Source: Ginglymostoma cirratum
Lineage: Eukaryota
Length of the DNA: 64,000 nt
NCBI GenBank assembly: GCA_024137785.1
Contig: JAHRHZ010000087.1
Coordinates: 19,510,029-19,574,028, forward strand
Reading direction: 5' to 3'
In this document: positions 39,204-52,925 of the stretch, piece by piece
Numbering within the stretch: the first letter of the stretch is position 1
How the letters are laid out: every line of letters starts with the position of its first letter
Made by a program: the position numbers and the translations under genes
Notes under the pieces: generated by a model
What the model was told of the DNA's origin: nothing
Databases searched by the model: none
The model's input: the letters and a program-made list of their open reading frames with translations, nothing else

Positions 39204-40221
39204 GTAATGTGAACAGTCAGCACTGTAACGACTCTCTGAACTTGCCGCACCCCATTAATCTTGTTTTTCTCAGACTTCATCTCAATTGTTGTTGTGTTCA
39301 TATTTTAGGCCCCATTCACCCAATCCCCTTGCACCTTCCATGCCTAATTAGTGATTGGCTTTAATCATGTTTGAGTAATTTTGGCCTTTTTTGTCATAAA
39401 TTGTAATATTAAGGCTAATGTCCTTTAGGTGATGCCTGTTGAAGTCTAAGACATTGGATAATCATAGTTTGCTAGTAAATGGCATGTGATAATGTTTAGT
39501 GTCAGGTGATAAACCACATGATGATAAGTGATTTGGGAAAATGCCTCTGATTTGGTTAGAGATCCATCTAGTGATCACAGTTTGCAACTACATAAGCGTT
39601 GAAAAGAAAAAAATCTCATGGATTTTTTTCATTTGAGATGAGTGTTGCTGGCATTGATTGTCCATTCCTTAGTTCCCATTAGGGTGACAGGGTCACCAAT
39701 TAATGGCCAAATTTACAATGATAAATCTCAAATGTTAGATTCAACTCCTACATTACTGTGGAATGTATATATTTCATAGAATAACTTTTCATGACTTTTC
39801 GAAAATATTCAGCAGCAATATTTCCTTTTGTGTGTTTTAAAGTCTGTTTCTACGTTTGTAATTCACTATCTAGTCACATCCACAAGAGGAATAAATTTAT
39901 AGATCAGTGCTGCATCTCATTGCTTTATCTTGAGGTATTATTGAAGTCCTTATAAATTGATAGCATCCCTTTGGTGTATAAGAGGGGAGCTGAACTCAAA
40001 AATCTCAAACCACTGATGTCTAGACCGATAGAATGCATTATTTTTCAAATTGGACATAGCAACTCTATTTTAATTCACTTTGATTTTTAAATTTGAGGCA
40101 AATTATGAACAATTGTTTTCAGTTGGTATGTGAATGTAACTGGTCTGGTAAGCAGAGAACTTGTAATTGAACATTGTAGGTTAGCATTTGAGTTTATAAA
40201 CCAGTATTTGAGTATAGGTAT

Positions 40222-40406
40222 ACAAAAGCAAAACACTTGTTTTTGCTGGAAATATTAAATAAAGCAAAACATAATGCTGAAGAAGCTCAACAGGCAGCAT
40301 CTTCAGAGAGGAACAGAGTTAATGTTTTGATCCATAGATAACTCTTCAAAGTAGTTCTAAGGAAGAGCCTTTGGACTCCACACTAACTTTGCTTTTCTCT
40401 CCATTG
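40222..40406. mobile_element. Old Penelope-derived short element
   Basis: AATGCTGAAGAAGCTCAACAGGCAGCATCT..GAGAGGAACAGAGTTAATGTTT ... TAACTTTGCTTTTCTCTCCA inverted arms. Confidence 0.55.
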
Positions 40407-40925
40407 ATTAAAGTTGAACATTGCCTAAGCAAAAGATACAATAGACAGTGCTCTGTTCCCAAGATAACATTCAAAATATACTGATCTTTAGTTACATTTA
40501 CCTTTTTTTCTTGTTTTGTTTGGGAGAAGAAAGTGAGGGATTGCAGGTAGCATGAGAATTTTAGCCTGGAGTTGTCAACTGGCTGAGTGATATGCAGTTA
40601 AATCACTCAATTTGGTCTTCATTTATTGTTAGCTTTGATACTCTATATTTAAAAACAAGTATATTTGTGGCTTTGTGAAATCTTGCCTTATATACTTGGA
40701 TCCCAAAAAATAACTAATGTATGATTTAAAATTAAATTTCTTCTGTTTTCAAATTTTGTGTTTAATTACAAATACATAATTTTGAAAGTACTTTTGATAT
40801 CGGATATGCACCATTTGGCTGTAGATTCCATGTATAGCTGATTCACTTCCTTGGATTAGGAGAAAATTGTGTAGAATGAATGAAAGGAAATAGTTTAAAA
40901 TGGTTTGCTCTTTTTCTCTTTCTAG

Positions 40926-41051
40926 ATCGGAGTGAGGATGGCTCAGAACGAGGAAGAAGTAGAGAGACTGGCTCATCTGGTGAATGCAGTTACTGTGGAA
41001 AGTCTTTCCGCTCAAACTATTACCTCAATATTCATCTCAGGATACACACAG
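40926..41051 (+). CDS. ZNF217: ZNF217 coding exon 2 (ZF6)
   Basis: Polypyrimidine tract plus TCTAG| acceptor at 40925. The 126-nt phase 1-1 exon encodes DRSEDG...ECSYCGKSFRSNYYLNIHLRIHTG. Donor CAG|GTGTGT. Confidence 0.95.
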
Positions 41052-41160
41052 GTGTGTCTGTCTTTTGTGAGGAACTCTCATTTTGTAATTGGCAGAAATG
41101 ATAGGGTTAAAATTATTGTTGGCCTCGCAGTGGGTGTAAGACATGACCAAGGATCTTCCT

Positions 41161-41250
41161 GCGCAGAGGTAGTGGCCCTATTTCCAGCCCAGAAGGTCCA
41201 AGTGCAAGTCCCACCTGTCCCGCAGGTGTGTCATAACAGGTTGCTTAATA
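41161..41250 (+). mobile_element. Short tRNA-derived SINE family B
   Basis: GCAGAGGTAGTGGCCCTA...CAAGTCCCACCTGTCCCGCAGGTGTGTCATAAC; homologous to the copy at 12544. Confidence 0.6.
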
Positions 41251-42249
41251 TAACTATTAGGTATGACTATTACAAAGCCTTTGATAAAAGCTAGATTTAT
41301 GTGGAGTGACACCTGCACAGAATATCTAAAGAGCTCACCACGTCTCAAGGAGAAAGGCTTTTGAATTGATTCTATTTTGTGATTCGAAATCCATTTAATC
41401 AATTATGGATTTGTTCTTCTGTTTTTCTGCTGTGACCACAAAAGGGATTATTTCCTAATTTTATGAACAGTGTTTCTTTCCCCCCATGTCTAACCTTACA
41501 TGAAAGGAGAATCTTAAAGTACTGGACAGTAATGGCTTTATCTATTAAATGCATGATTTATGTTTACTGCCGTGCTGAACAATTATGGAGGACCTACTTA
41601 ATGCATTCATATTTTACTTTGCATTTGATTGATCTTTCTGTGTGGAATTCTGTTTTGCACATGTGCTGTACTGTTCAGTAAAACCGTGTATGTAATATCT
41701 AGTCTTTCTCAAAGCTTGTGAATTTTGTACTGCAGTCCAGCACTAACTTTTATGCACAGTTCATCTCTCTTTAAAAGCCTTTTATCATGTCTTACCTTTG
41801 CTTTGTGTACATTTTCATTGACTTAGCTTTTCTTGCTGACTTCATTGCATAAAGGCTTGGTATAATTTCAGACATTGTTCCGCCCTTTATAATTAAAAAG
41901 AAATCTTAACTATACGGTATGGTCCATAATTCTGAATCATAAAAACAATTCATTTTAAGTCTTCAGACGCACCCAATTTGCCTATTGCTAACCACATTCT
42001 TCAGCCGCTTCCAGTTGAATGCTAAAATACGTCCATTTGATATTAAGTATTTTTATTGTCATTTGTTCTCGTAATTAATTCTCTACCATTATCAGTATCA
42101 AAATCCATCAGCCTATTTACTTAAATCTTTCTGAAAGTTATCAAGGACTTATTAGCTTTTAGTAGTCATGGATAGACTAGCTTTTATGCTGTTGACCTGC
42201 TCCTTGTTACTTGTCTATTAGCTTTGACATCAGCCAATTTCTGTGGAAT

Positions 42250-42745
42250 GAGATGGGTTAAGTGTCAAGGACCATTTGGGAAATGGTGATCAAAGTATCA
42301 TAAGGTTTAGGTTAGCCAGAGACAAGAATCGGAGCTAATTAGAGTGGGGTGAAGATGGAACTGCCCCAGTTGAATCAGAATCAAAGATTGTCAATGTGCT
42401 GCCAATGGGGTGCATTCTATAATAGTCTAGTGGAATGTCTGGACAGGTATTAACTGGAAACAAAATCCCAGAAGCATGAAGTGGTAGGGAGGAGTGAAGA
42501 GAGTCAAATTAAAAAAGAAAAATAATTCTGGAAGAGAAACAGGAACCTTGGAATATATGTGAAATTGTTGAAGGTGGCAAGGATGGTTGAGGAAGTGGTT
42601 TAAAAAGGTCTGATAAATGCTGATAGGTTGGGAATTAGAGTACTCTCAGATTTTTATGGTAGTGTTTCCAAGGATGAGGGACTTCAGGTGGATAGATTGG
42701 AGAAATATGGAACTACCCCTTTTGGAGGAGAGAACACGAGAAGGA
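42250..42745 (+). mobile_element. Highly degenerate CR1 fragment
   Basis: GACCATTTGGGAAATGGTGATCA..TCATAAGGTTTAG resembles the end of the endonuclease domain (HLG.SDH..IRF); later GGATAGATTGGAGAA is also CR1-like. Confidence 0.45.
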
Positions 42746-43063
42746 GTCTCTTTGCCACAACCACTGTTCTTGTCCTAACTAACAAAACAAACTTTTGAGT
42801 GGCAAAACTTTCCTCCTGAGAGAGGAGTATTTCTGGTTTGTTTTGAAAGATGTTTTAATCCCATTCTTGCCTTCTCCCAGGTGAAGAAATGAGCCTGAAA
42901 TGGTATTTCAACCAATTATGATGATAAAATTACTCAAGGGGTATATCTTGCAACAAATTGACTATTTTGCATGATTAAGGTTAATAATGCAAATTATTGG
43001 TAGGTCCTAATGTATAGAGCTGATCTATTTAAAATAATTAAAAGCTGTTTTCTTTTGCTTTAG

Positions 43064-44806
43064 GTGAAAAGCCCCATCGGTGTCCTCTCTGTGACTACGC
43101 CGCAGCTCAAAAGACCTCACTTAAATATCACTTGGAGCGACACCACAAGGGTGAGCAGAAGAAGGCTGAAGAAAAAAATGATCCTCTGAAGAATTCATCA
43201 GCATCTCCCAAGTTGGAAGTAGTACCAAAAGGAAGTGATGAACCTGTTCAGGAATCTGTGGACTCGACAAGATTGTTTACAGATTCTTTGGGCAGTGCCA
43301 AAGATTTAGATGCAGACTTTCCTCCAAGGAAGCACAAAGAGATTCCTCCTTCTTGTTCTGTGTTTGCTAATGCTGTGTTTTCAAATGTGAGCAGGGAGCT
43401 TCCTGACTTGAACAGGGATGCTAGTTTGCATCACGGTCGCCCAATCTTCTGCAACGCAGTGCTACCATACTGCAAAAAATCAAAGGGTGAAAAGGTGATG
43501 GGTGAGTCGCTCAGGAATGACTCTGATCCAAAGGTGGTTCTTGACACTGAAACATCAAAGGTTTTGGAGGAATGTTTAATGGAAGGGTTGTCAGAAGGCG
43601 GCGTTCCACAGAATAATGCTACAAATACAAGATGGGAGCCTGCTTCAATAAATGATCAATGCTATGTTAGTACTCTAGTTAAATTAGAGGACTTCGATGA
43701 TCAATCTGAATGCAGCTCTTTGGAAAATCCCTTGAATCTTTGCACGGTGATGTATCAGAAAAGTCTGTGTAGCGATGGTAGTCCTCTGGGAAATGCAGCT
43801 ACCTCAGTTTCCAAGAGTGCCTTACTGAGCAACGCATGCCCATTTTGTACTTACAGAACTTTGTACCCAGAGGTCTTAGTGATGCACCAAAGGGTGGTGC
43901 ATAAATACAATGCTGACCCAAGCCCAATAAATGGAATGCGAAGTGCTGTTTGTAGTGGGTCAGTTAAAAGCAGACGCACTGGATGCCCCCCTGCACTATT
44001 AGGTCAAGATGTTTCTTCTTTACTTGCCACCAAAGAAACAAGCAGAGAATTTTCTCGTCGGACCAAGTCACCAGTACCAGCAACTTCACCAGATGCTTCA
44101 AACTTGCTGCTTGGGAAGGCAAAATCATCATCGTCATCGTTATCATCTTTGTCATCATTACATCAGTCTCAGTGCAATAACTTTCTTCCCTCTGCAGCAG
44201 GATCCAGATCTTCAGGTGACTTTAAAACATTTAAAGCAACCCAAAATTCCAGTGCACATCTAGAAAATTATCGATCCATACGTACTGAACTTAGACAGAT
44301 GCCAGATGTAGTTCAAAGAATAGAAAGAAGTGGACCATCAGAATCTGTCAATAGTAAAAGAAATATCTCTGAAAAACCCTGTATCAAGTTGGACTATGAA
44401 CCTGATGGACCTAGAGGATCTTTAGTTAGATTTGACAGTCTTTGGGCTTCAAATGTTAGCAAAATGTGTCTTACTGATGTGTCTGAAAATCAGGGAGGCT
44501 TGGACTCACATGAGCCTACAGCTAAAAAAATGAAACTAAACAGTCCTTTAAGGAATGATCACCTTACATTTGGAGCTAGGAGGGGTGTGCAAGGAAGAAA
44601 TGTGAAATTATCTCCAGAAATGCCTTCTGTTCAGGCAAGAAACTCTGGGATACCATCTAAGTCCGGATCAACGTTGGATTCAAATGGAGTTGACTCGCAT
44701 TGGAATGTATTGAAACTTTTGAAGTCCTATGGCCCACAAGATCTTGCCTCATTGTATAATAACTGTGGACCCAGTAATAGTGGAGACCCTAATATCAGTC
44801 AAGAAG
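43064..44806 (+). CDS. ZNF217: ZNF217 coding exon 3 (ZF7, ZF8, CtBP-binding motifs)
   Basis: Acceptor TTTTGCTTTAG| at 43063. Encodes GEKPHRCPLCDYAAAQKTSLKYHLERHH, PLNLC, CPFCTYRTLYPEVLVMHQRVVH and RRTGCPPALLG. Length 1743 nt, phase 1-1. Donor AAG|GTAGGT after 44806. Confidence 0.95.
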
Positions 44807-44959
44807 GTAGGTGTCGTTTTTCAGATTTACTGTCGATACGTTCTTGAAGTCTAAATACTTTAAAAATATATTATTACATTTGATTGTCGTAGTAGAAAAT
44901 CCATTAGAAAAAGCCTGAGACACAGAATTAGTCTCCATTTGATGAGGCGTAGGTTAATC

Positions 44960-46130
44960 GGGGGAGACTTATGTCTAGTAAACTTGATTTGAATTTATTG
45001 AGATGACTAGGTGAGGATAGTGCTCCCTTCAGTAAGGCTTTTGACAGTCTCCCACGGCAGACTGATTAGGAAGTTAAGAGCTCATGGAATCTAGGGCAGT
45101 TCAGCAAATTAAATCCAAAATTGGCTTTGTGGTAGGAAGCAGAGGGTAATGATCGAAGGGTGTTTTCGTGCTGCTGCATGGTTCAGTGGTGGGTTCCTTG
45201 CTGTTTGTACTGTGCATTATGTTATAGATATAAATGTAGGAGGTATGATCAGTCATTTCCCAGGTGACATGACGATTTGTAGTGTAGTAAACAGCATGCA
45301 GGAAACCCTTGACTACAGGACAATATAGACAGGCTGATCAGATGGTCTGAAAAGTGATAAATGGAATTTCATCCTGAAAAATGTGAGGTGATGTTAGTCC
45401 TCCCAAAATACAAGGCACAGGAGTACGCATTGAATGATAGGACACTAGGAAGTACAAAGGATCAGTAAGATCTTGGTGTGCATATCCTTGAAAGCAGCAG
45501 GATAGGTACTTGGTGATTAAAAAGGCATGACATACTTTTATTACTAAAGGCCATCAATACAAGAGCAGTGAGGCTATGATGGAGCTGTACATAATCTAAG
45601 TGAGACCACAGTAAGAGGACTGTGTGCAGATCTGGTGCCTTTACTATATCAGTAGAGACAGTACAGAGGAGATTCACTAGGACATTGCCTGTGCTGGAAC
45701 GATTCAACTATGAAGGGAGACTAAATAGGCTGGGTTTATTTTCCTTAGAACTTAGAACACCTCAGTCTGGTTTCTGTCATGGCTCCGCCCCTGCATTCAG
45801 TCTGCTCTGAGGGGCGGGGATAAGATGCATAGAGTGAAACGTTTCCCCTTTAGTATAAGGGCTGGTAGCTTTGGGCACAGTTTAAATATAAGGTGCAGGA
45901 TGTTCGGAGGGGATTTGAGGAAAAAATGTTTTCACCAAGGAGGTGGTGGGTATCACTGCCCAAAATGGTGGTAAAGGGAGGAACACTTAAGATATTTAAT
46001 TATTTAGAAATGCTACAGCATACAAGAACAGGTGCTGGAGATTGAAAAGAATATATAGGTGTCAGATGACTGGTGCAGACATGATAGATTGAAGGGTTTT
46101 TTCCACACACTGTTCAAAATCCAATGACTC
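44960..46130 (+). mobile_element. CR1 LINE RT-to-3'-end fragment (pseudogenised)
   Basis: Frameshifted RT motifs: CL.NL..F, FSKAFDSL.HGRLIRKLRAHGI, a ..DD.K-like segment, LQ.NIDRLIRWSEK..MEF.PEKCEVM and VQRRFTRTLPVLERFNYEGRLNRLGLFSLE (ORF 45622). Confidence 0.85.
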
Positions 46131-49100
46131 TTAATGTTTAAATTTTTTAAATGGTCATGTGTATGGAAAGTGGAGATATATTTTATTGGATCCGGATGTT
46201 CATTTAAGCCCCACCTAAAACACCACAGTTTTGAAGTTTCTATGTTGCCTTGCGGGCTAACAACTTTATATTTTTAAAATTAATAACCCTATTTATCGGA
46301 TACCCTTTCCTCTGCTATCTGTAAACAAAGATGCATACACCTTCAAAAGAATGTATAATTACTGAAAAATGGCTAGCTGCTGATATATTTCTGGCAAACT
46401 AACTTCAATTACCAGATATGCACTAGTCACTTCGATTTTGTTTGTTTTTTTTATTATCTTTTTGTAAAATTTCACTCTATTGCTTTATTTGAACAAACAT
46501 CTTAACAGAACATCGTCTTTACAGAATGAAAGAGGGTTTACATGAGCTGAACTTCTGACAACACCATCTGCTTTGGACCAGCAACCTCATTATGGTTCCA
46601 CTGAACTTGTCTTCAAACTGATCTTTAGCTGTGTTTGATGTCAGTCATTGATGTGCAAATGTGACAGATTAAATGAAGGTTCAGGTTAGATATTGTAGCA
46701 TCAACAGCCAGATTAAGTATATGCCATATTGTTAATGCCTTCATTTTACACTTGATAATGTAGGCAATGGAAAATACTAAATGCCTTCAAACTTCGTGTC
46801 TTTGAGCACTTTGAATTACAAGCAGGTCTTATTGGTCGGTGACGGTGTTCTCTGGGGTAGAGCAGTGTGTCGGATGGAAGATCAGGAGTGACGTGGGAAA
46901 TGCATTACACTCAGCAAACTTGATTAGCCCATGATGTTTCCAATCACTGCTTGTTCATCACACTTCTTTCGCCCAGAGGAGACGGGAAAGTTCTGGTGCC
47001 ACTCATTTCTTGTTGCTTTTGTATCAGTTGCCCCCATTAAGGTGATGACGTTCCATCTTGCCTGACTTGCTGCTAGATGAAGCTGGTTGATGTCTGAGAA
47101 GTAAAACCAGCTGCTTAAAGGATCATGCCTGACAAGACTTTAATGCTAGTGTAGAGGCATATCAAGCTTGTGGCTTTTAATTTAATGCAATTTATTCATA
47201 CTTGCAGTCTTGCACTTTTTGTGGGCTGCCAGCACTGATGACAATGAAGGCTGACAAGTAGTCATGCCGGGGCTCATAGTAACCAGAGAAGGGACCCGGC
47301 ACATCAGATGCTAATGACATCTTGCTGTCCTGAATTTTAACATAATCGTTTCTCCTGCTGTTTTGTGGTTATGTTACTCGGGATACATACAGGGCATAAA
47401 GATTGTGTCAGATGAGTCTATGAAAAAGTGATAATTGTTGCTCAGCAACTGTTCACACCTTCGCAATGTTTAACCGGGACGTTTCCAAGATAATAAGCAC
47501 ATACCACTAGTTAAACACAGCTTTGAGGTATACGTTTATTATGTATGATACATTGATGTTTGGAAGAGATTGGAAAAAATATTTGCCATAATTTTAGTAC
47601 TTGAATTTTTTTGTATTTCTAACAGCTCGGTAAGGATTAGTCAAAAGTTTTGCATTTAAGAAGGTTGTTGAATTTTAAGGAATTATCAGGAAGTTTTGGG
47701 CAAGCAACCATCCTAGAACAAATTGCTCAAACTGTTTTGCTGGGGAAGAAAACGTTTTTGGACAAAACCTACAGTATTGTAAACCTGCCCATTTGAAACG
47801 TTCCAGCATTGCATTAGAAATTTAGTCACAGTCAAATAATAGTGACTGGATGACCCAGTGTTTCTGAGGAAGGTTCTCTAAGTAGTACATTGAGTAGGAG
47901 TTGATTAGTGTAACTATGACAAAGCGCTTGTAACTGATCCCAGTCTTGTCCTCAGTTGGCAAGTGAGATGCTTTTGAAATAAGTACAAATGGGCTACTTG
48001 TTTTCTCTTCCCTTTCTAAAAATTGGAAGGAAAATATAAAGGTCTGTAACTGCCACTTTCTTTATAATCAGCTAACTCGAGAACCCTTGACTCGACCTCA
48101 CTGTGAAAATAAATATTAACTTTTTGTAAACGTACAATGTTCATGCTGAACTGTCATAATACTCAGTATTTCAAGTGATTTTTTTTAAACATAGCACTGA
48201 AAAAAAAATTAAATCTAATGTCAGAAGGAACTGTATCCCTTCTAATTTGGATAAAATTAACAAGTCTCTGCTGGTAAGAGACTGTGTTTGAGAGTTGTGA
48301 ACAGCTGAAACAAAAATGGACCCGGTTCAATCTCCATCTGACCTTCCTTGGTTTTCCTTAACTGGTCATTGATAAAAAGAAGCAGCCCCTGCCCCCAGAC
48401 ATTTATCATATATCATGATATAAGTGAAGATGCAAGCGTGCTGATGTAATTTACTTCCGGGTTATTTTTATTAAAACAAGAAAAACGGATGAGGTTAAGT
48501 TTGGAGAGGGTTAACTGAGTGCGATTAGGAAAGCAGAATTGGTGACTAAGCTACCCAGCAACGCTGAAAGCTATTATGGGTGTAACCTGGCTGAGGTCAG
48601 AATTGGGTTCTTATCAAATTCCTAGTTAAGTGCCCACGTGATTAATGGTGCCTGCAGTTTTAGGCTCAAACTCCGCATTGTTGTGCATCCAGGCTTGGTC
48701 AAATATTGTGACTTGTTTTGGAATTTCTTCACGCTTTGCTTACACAGGGATGTAGTTCTTTAGAACCTGGTAAGATTCTGTGCCTGGCTAACAAAATTTA
48801 TCTTAGCAAGATGATTAGTGGGTAACAATGTTTATTGCTTTTCTCCTTGCCATCCCTCATCTAGGAATAGTAGTGCTCTGATTAAGATCAGCAGCCAGCA
48901 TGCAGGTTTAGGATTAAAACCTTAACCATGTTGTCTGGATAGGTTATTGTCAGATGAAGTGGTATATCATCCTTCCTCATCCGCATGAGAACTTCCCAAA
49001 TGTGTTGTCCTTTTATTTTTATGCTATTATTTTAAACACTTTATGCCAGGAGATTCATTTAATGGCTGTAATTCTAGCTCTGTGATGCATTACCATGTGA

Positions 49101-50419
49101 GGGTTGAGATTTTGTGTATAAACAGATCAGCTAATAAAATCTACTTAAGCTCGAACTCTGAAATGAGTAACCGGAGCTCAGCACTGAAATAGAAAGTAAA
49201 GTGTTAATTGTTAAGTAAAATTGAGTGATTAAAAGTGTTTGTTTGGTATTTTGTTGTTATATCTACTTGTGAACTTCTAATATTAAATACTTCTTAAATT
49301 TTAGCCAATTTAACAGAGAAATGTGGTAGCAAACCTGTACTTGCCAAAGTGCTATAAACTTTAAAGCGATACCTCAGCGATTGATTGACATGTGAACATT
49401 GGTTAGCACACTAGTGCAACTTCCCTGTGCTTTTCAGCATCTTACTTGCATCCACTAGAGGTTTAGTACCCCATCAACACCATCCTCCATGTTGGACTGA
49501 AAAGTGAGCCGAGATTTTATGCCAGGTCTTGGGTGAAGTTAGAACCCATGATCTTAACTCAAGTATATTACTCCCAGTGAGCTAAATTTTGTATTAATCC
49601 AATGTGCTAACTGTAAACTTTTGCTGTGTCCCCCAAATATTTTGGAACTTTTTTCATGGGTTGGATTTTACAGCATCCCTGCACCACCCCCACCCCGTTT
49701 TTAAAAAAAAAACTGGCATATTTGAAGGGAGGCTTTTCAATTTTTAATAATGTGTGTGGCTTTCCCACCCAACCCTGACCTGACGTCTGCATCACGGTGG
49801 GCAGTCAAGGCATCAGGCACTCCGTTTGCCCTATGGCTTATTTCAGGCCCTTTATACAATCAAATAATGACAAGTTAAAACCCCAATCCCATCTTCTCTG
49901 CAATACCACATGCAGCAGGGGGAAGGCAGAGGCAAGGTGAGTTGTACAGTGACAGCCACTGAATGCTGTTGGGCAAGAAGGTAGCTCCTGTGACACACAG
50001 CTGCACCTATTCAAGGAATTATCTCCCAAGATTTACTCCTGTATTAATCCACCCCAGTCAGACCACTACCCAAGCACATCAACCCCTGTTAAATCCAGCA
50101 ATGCAGTCCTACATGTCTCCCTCGTATAAAAACAGTCCATGGTTTAAATAAAACCTTTTGTAGTGCAGACTGCTGTTATCTAACTAGAATGGTCATTGTT
50201 TGCAGTTTGGTTTCTGTGGCATGTTTGGGTGAAGTTGAGGGAGGATGAGAGGGCCAAGTTTAAAAACGTGGGCCGAATTTTGCTACAAATTTTGTAGCAA
50301 CACCCACTGTTTTGCTACATTTGGGTCCTTGGATGATGTGGGTGTGTTGCTATAAAGGACTAGAAAAGGGAATTCTTCTGATTTTACCTTATTGATGTTT
50401 TATTTTACATTTTATACAG

Positions 50420-50529
50420 GGAAAAGACCTTTCCAATACCTGCAGCACTCTAACAGTATGTCACAAAAAAGGAGCATTAATCACCCTCATAGTGGATCTT
50501 TAGACAAGAAAGAGTACATGACCCAATGA
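50420..50529 (+). CDS. ZNF217: ZNF217 last coding exon
   Basis: Not in the ORF track. Acceptor TTTTATACAG| at 50419. In phase 1 it reads GKRPFQYLQHSNSMSQKRSINHPHSGSLDKKEYMTQ-TGA, resembling the recalled mammalian C-terminus GKRPVSYQHLSNSMAQKR. Confidence 0.88.
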
Positions 50530-52479
50530 GACCTGCCAGTGGAATAAGGTAAATACATAACTACAAGAAAGACACAAATTTCTTGCAAACAAATTGAACC
50601 ACAACTCTCTTTTAATAAACGTCTGGTAAATTGAATGGCATTCAAAGCAAATTTATTGCACTGCATCTATTAAATAAAGGCAAAACCTAACCAGTCAGAA
50701 AATCTAAATTTATGACTTTTATAATTAAGCTACACATAGACTTGTACTTCCGCTTGGCTAGAATTTTGAAAGGATTACAAGCTAGAGGTGAAGCTATGTT
50801 TGAAAAGCATTTTTATGCAAGTATTTCAACAGGAATTGTAGTTTTTTTTAGTGATCTGTTTGACAAACAATTCTGAAGAAGTGCCATGAGAGGAATGGGA
50901 TTGAACCTTAAATTAGACTGCAGGTATTGTCAAGTTGAGTTAAATGTTGGAGAGGAGAGGAGAGAAGAGGTGCACAAGACTTTGTCAGTGCACAAAAGAG
51001 TACCACAGGTGAGCTCCGGCTGATGAAATCAATGGAAAAATTACAATGTACAAAACTATTGACTTACAAACATGAAATAAGCATTTAAAATCTTATTTTT
51101 GAACACCGTTTAGAGTACAGCTGCCTGTGATCATGTAGTTGGCTTCAATGAATATAAGCGAAACACAACTGTGGATATAGAAGTTAAAAATTATAGAGAA
51201 GGGGAGAACATGATAATAGGAAATTAAATGGTACTGTTGAAAACTATATGAAACCATTAGATATTAATGTTATAAATAACCCCTTTGACCACTATACTTT
51301 GCTTTCGTTTGTGTGATGGGTTCTCTAGCACACTGATTACCAAAGTTTCAGGCATATGTTTTCTGATGTTTGTTTATACTTTTAAATGGTTATCATGAAT
51401 TTTGTTTGCGATTTGTTGAGTTTTGGCACAAATGATTTGTCAGATTTTTTTTGTCACTTTCTCATTCCCTTCAGAAGTATGATGTGGTGTAGTCAGCTCA
51501 TTCTAGAAAGGTTCTAACGTGAGAAATGCCAAAGGTCAAAAATCAATGTAAAATTGTGAATAGATCAATTATCAGTAAGTAGCAAAGAAACGTGACTAAT
51601 TTTTTTGCAGTGAAATTTCTTCTCCAACTTCACAATATCCTAATTGTTAATTTGCAGTTTTATTTGTGATTAGTAGCTCAAGTATGCTCCTTATCCCAAC
51701 CCTTAACCTTACCGGCATTAACTACTCTAGTCTTCGGTTGTTCTTTTTGCTCTACACTGTCTTGCTGAAATGATTATTGCCTCGTGTGGGTAGACAGTTT
51801 TCAATCTTTTTAATCGTTTGATAGACTTTATCTGGCGAAGCATTTGGGAGATGTGAACACTGATATCCAATGTCTGGCCCAGGGTTATTGCTTGCTCACT
51901 TTGAAACATTAGAGTGTTGAATTACAGGCATCTCCCTTGGCTCAAATCAAAACCACCTTTTCTCTCTCTCTCTTAATAGATGAAATTGCTTATTCAGATT
52001 TTCGTACTAAGCAGTCTCAAACGCAGTATCTGCAAGGATTTTCTGAGCTGTTGTGTTATTAATAGCCTTTTGTCTGTTTTACAAATTTCCAGTGCACTTG
52101 TACAATTTTTTGAGCTAACTTTTGATGGCACAATATCTTTTAATGTTTGTACAGTATTTAAATTTTGCTCCAACTTTTTCTACATCACTTCTTCTGCTAA
52201 GACGTTCTTTAATAGCTCAAGCAGATGTGCATTCCACTAACTATAGTCTGCATCAGATACATGAAAAGCTAACTTAATAAAATCAAAAAAAACCCAGCAA
52301 AATTAGTCAGTAGGAATTCAGGGGAAAACTGTCTGCTGGTTGGAGTCATATCTAGTGTGGAGGAAGATGGTTGTGGTGATGCGGAAGTCAATCTTTCCAG
52401 ACCAAGGAGATAACTGAAGGAATTCCTCAGAGTTGGACCACATCCTATAAAAGGATTAAAAATAAACAAGGGAGCAATT

Positions 52480-52690
52480 TCAAAGTAAGGGATCCTGGAA
52501 TTCTGAAATCTAAAGAGAAAATGCTGAAGAAACTCAGCAGGTCTGGTAGAATCTGTGAACAAAATTCGTTTTAAAAATTAAATGATGTTTCGAGTCCAAT
52601 ATGACACTTCTTCAGAAATCACTTTGATTCTGACAAAGAGCCCTTTCAGATTTGGTATTGACATTAAAACAAGGTCTTCCCATTCAAGAC
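52480..52690. mobile_element. Penelope-derived short element
   Basis: TCTGAAATCTAAAGAGAAAATGCTGAAGAAACTCAGCAGGTCTGG. The minus strand has CTGAAGA...GACTCGAAACATC. Confidence 0.6.
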
Positions 52691-52759
52691 AGTAGGATAA
52701 ATCTCTTCTACGATTGTCGTTAATCTTTAGGATATGCTTCTCCCTCCCAAACGCAGCGA

Positions 52760-52925
52760 GCATTGGGTTATTTAATATATTCAAGGCTGAGTTAGTTATG
52801 CAGTTGATGTGGAAGTTGAGGCTTCTGGTGGAACAGGCAGGAGCGTGGAGTCAAACTGGCAATCTGATATTGAATGGTTGAGCAGCCTTGAGTTGAATGG
52901 TCTGCATCTCTTATTTCTTGTGATC
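52760..52925 (+). mobile_element. CR1 3' end fragment
   Basis: AATATATTCAAGGCTGAG...TGATATTGAATGG...TGAATGGTCTGCATCTCTTATTTCTTGTGATC; similar to the tail at 6870. Confidence 0.6.

Noticed and set aside
38750-39364. 183-aa and 110-aa ORFs
   Set aside because: They overlap an HE1-like SINE and are chance frames with no domain or exon signals.
44807-44847. ORF tail GRCRFSDLLSIRS as the C-terminus
   Set aside because: Intronic read-through. The exon at 50420 supplies a ZNF217-like C-terminus.
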